This document shows, in pieces, positions 12,864 through 28,920 of a DNA stretch of 64,000 nt (the stretch's first letter is position 1; each line of letters begins with the position of its first letter). Below the pieces are notes generated by a model. The model did not search any database. It was not told the origin of the DNA and worked only from the letters and a program-made list of their open reading frames with translations. Source of the stretch: the human T2T-CHM13v2.0 reference genome, Homo sapiens. The stretch lies in assembly GCF_009914755.1 (NCBI RefSeq), contig NC_060947.1. The stretch is one strand, 5' to 3'. Position numbers and translations under genes: made by a program.

Positions 12864-13478
12864 CTATGCTGCTATGCTGATGATAGAAATAGGCAAGACA
12901 GAAAAGATGAAACGACTAAAGTTAGAACCATGACTGATGGAGGATAACAGGACAACCAACTGGGTTGAAACTGGAGGCTTGTTCTCTTTAATAGTTTTCT
13001 GGGCTTCTAGCCTAGGGAAATTGTGGATCAGAACCAGCCAAATGGACTTATAAGGGAAATTTGTCCCCGAAAATCAGCTTACCTCCTCTTGTCTGTGGGT
13101 ATAGAAAAGTAAGATTTAACTGTGGTGCCCAGTGTTGCATTTTTACATCTCTGTTTAGCATGTTGGAAGTGTCTTGGGTATTCCAGAAGCTCAGGAAGGC
13201 TGCTGGCATGACTCTGGTGACTCCAGAAGTATTGAGGACCTTTCTAAGGTGGTTGGGGCCCCTTCCTCTTCTCTGTGTACTGTAGCTTCTGAGTGTAGCC
13301 TTTGATGGGCCTGATGCTGGGTAACTATGTGCAGCCTCCAACTTGGTCCCTTACCTAAGGTGAGTAACTTTACTGCTGGATCAAGGGTAAAAAATATTAG
13401 CTTTGTTTATTTCTTGGACTGCTCCTGAGGGGTGGGATGGGGAGTGGGGATAAGTCGATGTTTGGATAATTGAAATTT

Positions 13479-13807
13479 CAAGTCTGTAATCCTTATCCAA
13501 AACCATTAAGATCAGATATATTTCAGAAATCAGAATTTTTTTGGATTTCAGAGAGGCCGTACAGTGCATGTAGAGTCTTTTACATACACTCCCAGTGGGG
13601 TTTGAGGCAGTACCCCGCAATTAAATACATTATTATTTTTATGGGAAACATATGAATATTCACCGTAAGTGGAAGAAATAAAGTCTATAAGTAGCCTAAC
13701 CTCAATTCAAGTCGTATTTTGCTGTAACATTAGCTTTGAAGAAAACAAACTTTCAGTTTTTAGAGCTTTTTGGATTTTGGGATTGCCAACAAAAGATTGT
13801 GGACCTG
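13479..13807 (-). mobile_element. MER46C-like (TcMar-Tigger) MITE
   Basis: Ends CAAGTCTGTAATCCTTATCC and GATTGTGGACCTG|TA; interior resembles recalled MER46C. Confidence 0.7.
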
Positions 13808-14289
13808 TAATTATCATCGGCTTTGTATGTTTAATGAAATTGATCAAGGGAAAAGGCACATTCTTGACAGATATTTCCTTTGATGAGGTATCATGCAGGT
13901 GATGGACTCCTGACTGTGTTCTTTTTAAGACCCTTTCTCATTTTCATTCTTCTTCCTCTTCTTATTGGCAGGGATTCATGCAGGTGTCTTTCCTTATAGT
14001 GATTTTTCTTATAATACCCTTTTCTTCTAAATATGGACTCCGAGAGAACAGAAGAACCACATACTAAAGAACATACAAGTGATAAAGCCAACAAGTCCAT
14101 AATGCAGATATCCTATATTAATAAGAGCTCTCAACAATATAGGGACACATGTCAACGATTTCTAAACCACACCATTAAGTCACTACAGGTGAAGAAACTC
14201 TACAAACATGAGTTTCATTCCTTTGTCAATCCTCAGTTCTGCTGAATGTTTTTGACTCCTGTAGTAGTTCAGTCCAAGGGCAAAAATTC

Positions 14290-14464
14290 AGCATCTCAGG
14301 CTACCAGGAGTGATTGAATCTCCTGGGACATTTGTGAAACATGAGGATTTCTGGAGTCCCATACTTGGGGAATCAGAATTCTTAATGGGGGAACCCAGGA
14401 ATTTGTATGTTTTACAAGCTCTGCATAGGACTTTTTTGTTCCTCTTGATGTTTGAGCACCACTG
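14290..14464. mobile_element. MER5-like hAT-Charlie MITE
   Basis: GAATCAGAATT...CCCAGGAATTTGTATGTTTTACAAGCTC...TTTGAGCACCACTG. Confidence 0.6.
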
Positions 14465-14683
14465 CATGGGGGAAGGTCAAACTGCCACAGCTGCAGGTTT
14501 CCAAAGGCTGTAATCTGGGCCCATGCCACACCAGGTATCAGGGAACTGATTTGTCTGTTAGGACAAGGTTCTTTTTGTTTGGTTTTACCTGGGAGGAGAA
14601 TGGAAGAGTAAAACCACCTAGACGTGCTTAGAAACAAAAGAATCAATCAAAGGGAGGCTTGGAACCTGCGGGTGGCAGTTTGA

Positions 14684-14800
14684 TAGGGTTGCCAGCTAAA
14701 ATAAATACAGGACATATTTATACTAAAACTATTCATTGTTTATCTGCAATTCGAATGTAACTGGGCATCCTGTATTTTTATTTGCTAAATTTGGCAATGT
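14684..14800. mobile_element. MER53-like hAT MITE fragment
   Basis: TAGGGTTGCCAG terminus and TTTGCTAAATTTGGCAA opposite end. Confidence 0.6.
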
Positions 14801-14989
14801 TGAGTATTGATAAACCCACCTTCTCCCCTGGGAGGCAAACCAGATGGCATGGTGTGTGCGTGTTCCATGCTCAGAATCTATTTTTACCTGCCCTGGGTTA
14901 AATTTAAGACTGACTACTTGTGTCGTATTGAAACTGAAGCATTGAAATATTGAGTCTTCTCACCCTCCTTCTCCCTTTCTCATGTGTGC

Positions 14990-15015
14990 GCACACACACA
15001 CACACACACACACAC
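14990..15015. repeat. (CA)n microsatellite about 170 nt upstream of the first TMEM164 exon
   Basis: Direct observation. Confidence 0.95.
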
Positions 15016-15182
15016 GCATGCATGCATGCAAGCACAAACATGTACCTGTTGCCTTTAAAAATTTTTATATTACATTATTGTGTTAGAGTTTTGGTTATTT
15101 TTTGTTATTGTTAAAGTAACATTGTCTCACTCTGTCTGGCATTTTTTCTTGCTAACCATTCTTAATTCTTCTTCAATTGCAG

Positions 15183-15232
15183 ATCTTTCTCCTGGCCTGC
15201 CCTCCATGTCGGGGAGCTATCGTCGTCTTCAA
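15183..15232 (+). CDS. TMEM164: TMEM164 internal coding exon (50 nt; IFLLACPPCRGAIVVF plus AA of Lys; residues ~131-147). Protein is a multi-pass membrane cysteine-dependent acyltransferase.
   Basis: Branch-like CTAAC at 15152-15156, polypyrimidine tract, TTGCAG| acceptor and AA|GTAAGA donor; translation matches recalled TMEM164; ends in phase 2, compatible with the exon at 56986. Confidence 0.95.
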
Positions 15233-17406
15233 GTAAGAGAAAATTGGCTTTTGCTCTGTTGCTCTTCAGAGTATTTTTGTCTGTTTGCTAACAAGACTGA
15301 TAACACATTGCTGTGAACACCTTGGGATTGTACCATTTTGTCTTTGCACTTCCCAAAGGGATGAAGGTCTGTGAGGGCCTACTGAAACAGGGAAATATTG
15401 TTTGTGAAGACCTGGTTTTTGTCAAGCCGTCAAATCCTTTTTAGCAAATCCTTCCAGTAGGGGATGTATGGCCAAGGCATGCTCCCTTGGAAGGTTGCTG
15501 CCCTGCTAAAATTTCTCTTGAGAGCATGCTAGGGGCCAGACAGCTTCCTTTCTCTCAAGAATCTTTGCTTTGTGAGCCTACTGCTCCACTGAGCATATGG
15601 TTCTTCACATTGAAGGGCATTGTTCTTATGTTTTTATGGGGTTTTCCCCCCTAAAGTGCAAATTAAAGTGAGGAGAGGAAAATGTCCACTATTACAAGTT
15701 CAGACTTTCATAAAAATAGCAAGCATCAAATCTATTAAAGTATATTGCAGGCAAATAGTGTTTCTCTGAAGGCAGGTTTATTTAAATGAAATTATCAAGA
15801 GTCCTGGAACCCTCATTTTAACCGTGAGTTGTGACCACCTCACTTATCAAACCTTTTATTAGAGTTGCTAATGAGAAGCCAAATCGACTGAATTAATTTC
15901 ATCTCTTTTCTCCTTCCCTGGCCCCGATTCTGGAGATGTTCCTGAGCAGTGAAATGGCTGCAAGCCAGAGGAAGGGAACAGGAAATAAAGAGCCCAGCAG
16001 ATTCTTGGATAATTGAGAATGGTGTAAATGGCTTTCTGATTTACTTAAGTCATTAAAGTGTTAGGTAGGGGAAAAAGGACCCCATTTGCTGCTTCAAATA
16101 GCTCCCTGAAATAGCCACTTAGTCTCTTGCCTTAGGTGAGTAACTTTCAGCTGCGTGAGGGATAATGGATCCTGATTTCATGTATTTCTTACTTGAACAG
16201 CTCCTAAAGGAAAGGGGTATTTAACCCTGTTTTCCTTCCTTGATTTTCCAAAATGAGCTCAATTATTCAGTGTAATGTTTTAAAAGTAACATTTATTGGT
16301 TCTATTTCATTATGAAAGTAACAATTCTCATTATGGAAAACACAGGGACACATAAGGAAGAAACATCATCCATCCCAAATCCAAGCACCAAGAGATAATT
16401 TTGCTTATTACCTTTCTTTTCTTAAGAAGCAGAGATCATATTGTATATTGAGGTGTTTACTGTATCTTTTCTAAATTTAACTTGGTTTATTGATACATTC
16501 ATATAGGTGTGTAAATCATAAATATGATTGCTGGATTTTTTTTTGTAGTGGTCCTTTCTTTTCCCTTTTTTTCTTCAGCTCCTAGTTCTACCTTTCCACA
16601 CTATCCCTTTGTATTACCAAAACAGTATGTATCTTTTCACATTTTACTCCATGTGCATAGATATACACATGCATACACACATACACACACAAGTTTTGGA
16701 ATGTTTTGTTGTTGTTCATTGTTTGTTTTACAGAAATAGAATATTATATATACTTTAATATATCTTTTTCATTCTACAATATCTCATAGAAATCTATCAC
16801 AGTCTATTGATGTAGCTCTTATTCTTTTATAATGTTGTAAAATATTCCATGAATGCACAATAAGTTATTCAGCCATTCCCCTATTAATGAACATTTACTT
16901 TCTTTGCACATTTCTGCCACTACATTCAATGCTTAAATCAACATGATTTTGTATATACCCTTATATACTGTTGCTTTCAGTTTAGATATAGATGTAGGTA
17001 GAGGTATATAGGTATATGGGAATGTTTAAATATATATTTATGTTAATAGATATCGCCATATTGATTTATAAAAACAGGCTGTTATGCTACACTTTTTGCT
17101 TTTGTATGTAATATGTGAGATTATTATTTTCTTCTTATCCCTATCAGCAACAGGTGTTAATGGTTCTTTTGTAATTTTGACAACCTAATGGATGCAGTTT
17201 CTTGGCTACTAGTGAGTTTCAGTATTATCTCAATTTTTTGTCCAATTAAATTTGTTCCTCGAGTTGTCTATTCATATTATCTGCACATTTTCCTATGGGT
17301 TGTTTATATTTTTCTAATTTCTAAGACCTCTTTGTATATTTTAGATTTTAGCCCTTTGTCTATCATCATTGTTACAGATACCTTTCCCAAATATGTTTAT
17401 ATTGAC

Positions 17407-17554
17407 TTTTTTTTTTTTTTTTAATTATTTTTTTAGTAGAGATGGGGTTTCACCATGTTGGCCAGGCTGGTCTCGAACTACTGACCTCAAGTCATCTGCC
17501 CGCCTCGGCCTCCCAAAGTGCTGGGATTACAGATGTGAGCCACTGCGCCCAGCC
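17407..17554 (-). mobile_element. Alu left monomer only, AluS-like sequence
   Basis: TSD TATA(T/C)TGACTTT at 17398-17409 and 17555-17566. Confidence 0.85.
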
Positions 17555-17869
17555 TATACTGACTTTGTTGATGGAATATATTTCCATATAATTGTTTGCA
17601 TTTTTATATCCAAATATGACTCTTTTCTTATATAGCATCTGAATTTCAAGTCTTGGTTAAGATAGTTTTCTTGAAGATAGGTAGCCAGTTGTATTGGAAT
17701 AATATATTAAATGATCCCTATTTTACCCTGTGATCTCTTTGCAGCTATTAAATGTTTTATATGCTAGGATCTACTTATGGATTCTCTATTCTGTTTCTTC
17801 TTTTTGTCTATTTGTGTACCCAAATCTCATATATTTGATTACATTAGGCTTTAAAAAATATTTTTCTGG

Positions 17870-18170
17870 GGCCGGGCACGGTGGCTCACGCCTGTAATCC
17901 CAGCACTTTGGGAGGCTGAGGCGGGTGGATCACTTGAGGTCAGGAGTTCGAGACTAGCCTGGCTAACATAGTGAAACCGCATCTCTACTAAAAATACAAA
18001 AATTAGCCAGGCATGGTGGCACATGCCTGTAATCCCAGCTACTCAGGAAGCTGAGGCAGGAGAATCACTTGAACCCAGGAGGCGGATGTTGCAGTGAGCC
18101 AGGACTGTGCCACTGCACTGCAGCCTGGGGAACAGAGTGAGACTCTGTCTCAAAAAAAACATAAAAAAAA
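17870..18170 (+). mobile_element. AluSx-like
   Basis: Full Alu dimer. Confidence 0.95.
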
Positions 18171-18438
18171 TTCTTGGCTATTTGTTGTCACTTGTTCGTA
18201 CACACAAATTTTAAGATCACTTATATTCACCTACCTCTCTCAAATACTAGTGGAATTCTAATTAGAATTGCCTTAAGTATATATTTCAGTTTTTAAATTA
18301 TATGGCTCCTTTTATCTAAGAAATGGTATTTCTTTCCATCTGTTCACGTCTTATTGTTTCAGTTAGATTTATCTTTTTCTTCATATCTGCTCTATGCCTT
18401 TCTTGATGCATTTATTCCTCAAGAATTAACAGCTTTTC

Positions 18439-18595
18439 TGCCAGGTGCAGTGACTCACGCCTGTAATCCTAGCACTTTGGGATGCTAAGGTGGGCATACT
18501 GCTTGAGCTCAGGAGTTTGAGACCATCATGGACAACATGATGAAACCTCGTCTCTAACCCCCCACCAAAAAAAAGAATTATAAAAAGAATAGAAA
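18439..18595 (+). mobile_element. FLAM / Alu left monomer
   Basis: Monomer with A-rich tail; imperfect TSD AAGAATTAA(C/T)AGC. Confidence 0.8.
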
Positions 18596-18987
18596 AAGAA
18601 TTAATAGCATTCCCCCTCTCCCCCAACCACGCCGTAATGAGTGGAATATTTTTCCCCTTTCTATTCCTAAGTGCTTTTTGCTAGAATAGGAAAAGATTGT
18701 TGATTTTTAAAAATATCTTATATCTGGCTATCTTACCGAATTCTCTTGTTCTTGTAAATTTTATTTTAGTTTTATCTCTTCTTTTCCTTAGTTATACCAG
18801 TTATTTCATTTTCTTGTTGCATTTGCTAGAAATTCAGAGTTAAATAAAAATTGTGCTGACGGGCTACTCTTGCCTAAAACTGATTTTAAATGGAAATATT
18901 TTCTGTACTCCTCCATATTTGCTGTTGGTGTTTGTTAATAGTCTATTATACTTAAGTAGTTTTTACATTTATGTAGAGATTTTTAAA

Positions 18988-18990
18988 TAT

Positions 18991-19021
<31 letters not shown>

Positions 19022-19134
19022 GACAGTGTCTCACTTTGTTGCTAGGATGGTCTTGATCTCCTGACTTGAAGCAATTCTCCTGCCTCGGCCTCCCAAAGAG
19101 CTGGGATTACAGGTGTGAGCCACTGTGCCCAGCC
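18988..19134 (-). mobile_element. FLAM / Alu monomer with (TTTA)n tail
   Basis: Reverse Alu monomer. Confidence 0.8.
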
Positions 19135-19429
19135 AAGATTTTTTAAAAGAAGGAATGGTAGCTGTATTTTATCTAATGCTTTTTCTACATCTATTGGTCA
19201 TGTGGGATTTTTTCATTTAAATTTTTGATATAATAAATTACATTGATAGATTTTCTGGTTTTGAACTACTCTTACATTATTGAAATACACCCGCTGATCA
19301 TAGTATATTATTATTTTGATACATTGCTGGGTTCTATTTGTCAATATTTTATTTAGAATCTTGCTTCAATATTCCCGAGATTAGAGTCATGTTTTTCTTA
19401 GTGTTTTTTTCTTCAAGTTTAAGGATTGA

Positions 19430-19742
19430 GGCCAGGTGTGGTGGCTCATGCGTATAATCCCAACACTTTGGGAGGCTGAGGTAGAAGGATTGCTTGAGGC
19501 CAGGAATTCGGGACCAGCCTGGACAACATACCAGGACTTTGTCTCTACAAAAAAAAAAAAAAAAAAAAAAATTAAAATTAAAATTAGCAGGGCATGGTGT
19601 TGTGTGCCTGTAGTCCCAGCTACTTGAGAGGTTGAGGCAGGAGGATCACTTGAGCCCAGGAGTTCGAGGCTGCAGTGAACTATGATTGTGCTGCTGAACT
19701 CCAGCTTGGGCTACAGAGCAAGACTCCATCTTTTAAAAAAAA
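19430..19742 (+). mobile_element. AluJ
   Basis: TSD CAAGTTTAAGGATT at 19414-19427 and 19743-19756. Confidence 0.93.
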
Positions 19743-19825
19743 CAAGTTTAAGGATTAAAGTTATGGTGGCTATGTAAAATATACTGCAGAATGTTCCTTC
19801 TTTTTCTCTTGTCTGGAATACTTTA

Positions 19826-20164
<339 letters not shown>

Positions 20165-20859
20165 TTAAAGGTAAGATAATCTGTGAAGCCATCTGGTCTT
20201 GGTGCCATTTTTCAATGGGTAAACCCTTAATCACCTTTCTGATGTGTTCTGTGGTAATCTATTCAAATCTTTTTGGGTCAATTTTGGTCGTTTGTGTTTT
20301 GCTGGGAAATTATCCATTTCTTCTAAATTTTCAAATTTGTTGCCAAATATTTAGTTGAGCATGTAGTATCCTCTTATTTTATAATTTAAAAATATCTCCT
20401 TATCTGTAGTCATGTATTTTTTCTTGGACTTGATCTTGTCTGTTTTTGTGTTCTCTCCTCTGTATATTAATCAGGTTAGTAAGCACTTATCTGTTTTTGG
20501 TTGCTACATAGAACCATGTTTTCAATTTATTTATTCTTTCTACCTTATTTATTTTTTCTACTTAATTTTCAGCTTTTATCTTCATTAATTCCCTCTTCTG
20601 TTTTTTTCTTAATCTCTCAAGCACAAGGACAAGTATTTATTCCTTTATTTATTTTTTGTCTTTTTTTTTTTCCAATTTTTCTTCTAGATCCAAGGGTTAC
20701 ATGTGCAGGTTTGTTACAAGGGTATGTTGCACGATGCTGAGGTTTGGGACATGATTGAACCTGTCACTCAGGTAGTGATGAGCATAGTACTCAATAGGTA
20801 GTTTTTCAGCCCTTGTCATCCTCCTTCCCTCCCCTCTCTTGTAGTCCCCATTGTTTGTT

Positions 20860-21166
20860 GTTTTTATTTTATTTTTATTTTTTGACAGGTTCTCACTCTG
20901 GTGCCCAGGCTGGAGTGCAGTGTTGAGAACGTGGCTCACTATAGCCTCGACCTCTTGGGCTCAAGTGATCCTCCTGCCTCAGCCTCCCAAGTAGCTGGGA
21001 CTACAGGCACTAGCTGTGACACCTAGCTAGGTAATTATTTTAGTTTTTGTAGAGATGGGGTCTTTCTGTGTTGCCCAGGCTGGTCTCAAACTCCTGGGCT
21101 CAAGAAATTCTCCCACTTCAGCGTCCCAAAGAGCTGGGATTACAGGCATGAGCTACTATGCCTGGC
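20860..21166 (-). mobile_element. AluJ inside L1
   Basis: Reverse Alu dimer. Confidence 0.9.
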
Positions 21167-21692
21167 TTGTTTTAACTATCTTTATGTCTATGTGTATCTA
21201 ATGTTTAGCTTCTACTCACAAGTGAGAACATGTGGTATTTGATTTTCTGTTTCTGTGTTCGTTAGCTTAGGATAATGGCCTCAGCTGCATCCATGCTGCT
21301 GCAAAGGGCATGACTTCATTCTTTTTATGGCTGCATACTATTCCATGGTATACATGTACTATATTTTCTTTATCCAGTCCACCATTGATGGGCATCTAGA
21401 TTGATTCCTTGTCTTTACTATTGTGAATAGTGCTGCGATGAATATACGGGTACTTGTATCTTTTTGGTAGAATGATTTATTTTCCTTTGAGTATATACCC
21501 AGTAATGGGATTGCTGGGTTGAGTGGTAGTTCTGCTTTTAATTCTTTGAGAACTCTCCAACCTGCTTTCCACAGTGGATATGAACTAATTTACATTCCCA
21601 TCAACAGTATATATGCATTCCTTTTTCTCTACAGCCTCACCAGCATCTGTTATTTTTCAAATTTTTAATAATAGCCGTTCTGATTGGTGTGA

Positions 21693-22009
<317 letters not shown>

Positions 22010-25000
22010 TGATTGTGGTTTGATTTGCATTTCTCTGTTAGTGATAAGAGATTTTTTCATGTGCTTGTTGGCTGCTTGTATGCCTTCTTTTGCGAAGTGT
22101 CTGTTCACGTCCTTTGCCCACTTTTTAGTCAGGTTATTTGTTTTTTGCTTGTTGATTTGTTTAAGTTTCTTATAGATTTGGGTTATTAGATCTTTGTCAG
22201 ATGCGTAGTTTGTGAATATTTTTTCCCATTCTGTATGTTGTCTGTTTACTCTGCTGATAAGTTTCTTTTGCTGTGCAGAAGCTCTTTAGTTTAATTAGGT
22301 CCCACTTGTCAATTTTTGTTTTTGTTTTAGTTGCTTTTGAGGACTTAGCTATAAATTCCTTGCCATGGCCAATGTCAAGAAGGTATTTTCTGGGTTTTCT
22401 TCTAGGATTTTTACAGTTTGAGAGCTTACATTTAAATGTTTAAGTCATCTTGAGTTAATTTTTGTATATCATGATAGGAAGGAGTGCAGTTTCATTCTTG
22501 TGCACGTGTATAGCCAGTTTTCTCAGCACCATTTATTTAATAGGGAGTTCTTTCCCCATTGTTTACTTCTGTTGACTTTGCTGAACATCACATAGTTGTA
22601 GGTGTATGGCTTTATATCTGTGTTCTCTATCCTATTCCTTTAGTCTTTGTATCTGTTTTTGTACCACTACCATGCTGTTTTGGTTACTGTAGCCTTGTAG
22701 TATAGTTTGAAGTCAGGTAATGCGGTACCTCTGGGTTTGTTCTTTTTACTCAGGATTGCTTTGGCTATTTGGGCTGTTTTTTGGTTATCTATGGATTTTA
22801 GAATAGTTTTTTCTAATTCTGTGAAGAATGACTTTGGTAGTTTGATAGGAGTAGCATTGAATCTGTAGATTGCTTCGGGTAGTATGGCCATTTGAACAAT
22901 GTTGATTATTCTAATCCATGAGAATCTAATACTTTTCCATTTGTTTGTGTTAGCTATGATTTCTTTTAGCAGGGTTTTTTAGTTCTCCTCGTAAAGATCT
23001 TTCATCTCCTTGGCTGGATGTATTCCTAGGCATTTTATGTTTTTGTAGCTATTGTAAAATGGGATTACATTCTTGATTTGATTCTCAGCTTGAATGTTAT
23101 TGGTGTATAGAAATGCTACTGATTTTTTTATATGATTTTGTATCCTGAAACTTCACTGAAGTTGTTTATCAGTTCTAGGAGCCTTTTGTTGGAGTCTTTA
23201 GGGTTTTCTAGGTATAGAATTATATCGTCAGTGAAGAGAAGATAGTTTGAATTCTTCTTTCCTATTTGGATGCCTTTTATTTATTCCTCTTGCCTGATTT
23301 CTCTGGCTAAGCCTTCCAGTACTATGTTGAATAGGAATGGTGAGAGCGGGCATCCTTGTCTTGTTCCAGTTCTCAAGGGGAATGCTTCCAGCTTTTGCTC
23401 ATTCAGTATGATGTTGGCTGTGGGGTTTTCTTAGATTACTCTTATTATTTTGAGGTATATTCTTTCAATGTTTAGCTTGTTGAAGGTTTTTATCATGAAG
23501 GGAAGTTGGATTATATAAAAAACCTTTTTATTTGACTATTGAGATGATCATATGGTCCTTGTTTTAAATTCTGTTTATGTGTCGAATCACATTTATTGAT
23601 TTGCATATGTTGAACCAACTTTGCATCCCAGAAATGAAGCCTACTTGATTTTGGTGAATTAACTATTTGATGTGCTGCTGGATTCAGTTTGCTAGTATTT
23701 TGTTGAGGATTTTTGCTTCTATGTTCATCAGGGATATTGGCCTGTAGTTTTCTTTTTTCACTGTGTCTTTGACAGATTTTGTTATCAAGGTGATGCTGGC
23801 TTTGTAGCATGATTTAGGGAGGAGTCTCTCCTCCTTGATTTTTTTTTTTTTTTTTGTAATAGTAAGATTGGTGCCAGCTCTTTCTTTTTTATCCATCTGA
23901 TAGAATTTAGCTCTGAATCTATCTGGTCCATGGCTTTTTTTGGTTGGTAGGTTTTCTTTTTTTACAATTACTGATTCAATTTCAGAACTTGTTATTTGCC
24001 CAAGGTTTTAGTTTCTTCCTGATTCATTCTTGGGAGGTTGTGTGTTTCCAGGAATCTATCCATTTTCTCTAGATTTTCTAATTTGTGGGCATAGAAGTGT
24101 TCATAGTAGTCTCTGAGGTTCTTTCATATTTCTTTGGGATCAGTTGTAATGTCACATTTGTCATCTCTGATTGTGGTTATTTGGGTCTTCTCTCTTTTTT
24201 CTTTGTTGATCTAGCTATCAATTTATAGATCTTGTTTATCCTTTCAAATAACCAACCTTTTTTTATTGATCCTTGGTATGGATTTTTTTGGGTTTCAGTT
24301 TCATTCATTTCTGCTCTGGTTTTAGTTATATCTTTTCTTCTTGCTTTGGAGTTGGTTCTTGTTTTCTAGTTCCTCTAGACACAACTTCAGCTTGTTAATT
24401 TGAGTTCTTTCTAACTTCTTGATGTAGGCATTTAGCACTATAAATTTTCCTCTTGATACTGTTTTTGCTGCATCCTATAGATTTTCATATGTTGTTTCTA
24501 TGTTTTCATTAATGTCGAAGAATTTTTTGATTTCTGCCTTAATTGTATGGTTTATCCCAAAATCGTTCAGGAACAAGTTGTTTAATTTCCATGTAATTGG
24601 GTCTTCTTGGTATTGATTTCTATTTTTATTCCACTGTGGAACAAGAGTATGCTTGGAATGATTTCTAGCTTTTTGAATTTATTGAGACTTAACTTTATGG
24701 CCAAACATATGTTTGATCTTAGAGTATGTTCCGTGTGCAGATGAGAAGAGTGTTTATTCTGTGATTGTTGGGTGGAGTGTTCTGTAGATGTCTATTAGGT
24801 CCAATTGGTTAACTGTCAAATTTAAGTCCAGAATTTCTTTGTTCATTTTCTGACTTGATGATCTGTCTAACACCATAGTGGAGTATTGAAATCCCCATTA
24901 TTATTGTGTGGCTATCTAAGTCTTTTTGTAGGTTTCAAAGTATGTGTTTTATGAATTTGGGTGCTCCAATGTTGGGTGCATATATATTCAGGATAGTTAA

Positions 25001-26366
25001 GTCTCCTTGTTGAATTGAAGCCTTTACCATTATGTAATACTCTTATTTGTCCTTTTTTACTGTTTTTGGTTTGTAGTCTTTTTATCTGGTATAAGAATTA
25101 TCGACCCCTGTTCTTTTTTGTTTTTCATTTGCATGATAGATTTCTCTCTATCCCATTACTTTGAGCCTGTGGGTGTCATCACATGTGAGATGCTTCTCTT
25201 GAAGACAGCAGGCAGTTAGGTCTTGGTTGTTTTTATCCATCTTGCCACTCTGTGCCCTTTCAGTGGACATTTAGACTGTTTACATTCAACATTAATATTG
25301 ATATATGAGGTTTTGTTCCTTTCATGATGTTGTTAATTGGTTGCTTTGTAGTCTCGATTGTGTAGTTGCTTTTTGGAGTCTATGGGCTGTGTACTAAAAT
25401 GTGTTTTTGTGGTAGCAGATATTATTCTTTTGTTCCCATGTTTAGAACTCCCTTAAGGAGCTCTTGTAAGGCTGGTTTAGTGGTAACGAGTTCCCTTAGC
25501 ATTTGCTTGTCTAGAAAAGATTTTATTTCTCCTTCTCTTATGAAGCTTAGTTTGGTGGGATATGAAATTCTTGTTTGGAATTTATTTTTTCTAAGGATGC
25601 TGAAAATAGGCCCCCAGTCTCTTCTGGCTTGAAAGGATTCTGCTGAGAAGTCTGCTGTTAGCCTGACGGGATTCCCTTTGTAAGTGATCTGACCCTTTTG
25701 TCTAGCTGCCTTTAAGATTTTTTCTTTTTCATTGTCCTTGGAAAGTCTGATGGCTATGTGTCTTGTGGATGGTCATCTTGTATAGTATCTTGCAGGAGTT
25801 CTCTGAATTTCTGTAATTTGCATGTTGTCTTCTCTAACAAGATTGGAGAAATTTTCATGAACTGTATCCTCAAATATGTTTTCCAAGTTGCCCACTGTGT
25901 TTCCTTCTCTCTCAGGAATGCCAGTGAGTCTTAGGTTTGGTCTTATTACATAATCCCATATATCTTGAAACTTTTGCTCATTTTTAAAAATTCTTTTTTC
26001 TTTATTCTTGTCTGACTGGGTTAATTTGTAGGACCATTCTTTGAGGTCTGAATTTCTTTCCTCAGCTTGGTCTAGTCTGTTGTTAATGCTTCCAGTTGTA
26101 TTTGAAAACTTGTGTAGTGAAGTTTTTCAATTCCACCAGTTCTGTTTGGCTCTTTCTTAAAATGTCTATGTTGTCTTTTAACTCTTGGATCATTTTACTG
26201 GCTTTCTTCGATTGAGTTTCAACTTTCTCTGGAGTCTCATTGAGCTTCTTGCCATCCAGATTCTGAATTCTGTGTATGTCCTTTCAGACATTTCAATCTG
26301 GTTAGGATCCATTGCTGTGGAGCTAGTGTGATCCCTCGGATCATCACATTTTAAAATTAAACTTTA

Positions 26367-28150
<1,784 letters not shown>

Positions 28151-28169
28151 TCTATTAAGTATAATAATG

Positions 28170-28920
<751 letters not shown>

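Noticed and set aside
15080-15316. 78-aa ORF overlapping the first TMEM164 exon
   Set aside because: Different frame from the exon and runs through intronic sequence; incidental
26318-26350. Small hairpin TGATCC-CTC-GGATCA at the 5' truncation point of the L1PA15/16-like element
   Set aside because: A 6-bp stem is too short to distinguish from chance, and no TSD could be found to fix the junction
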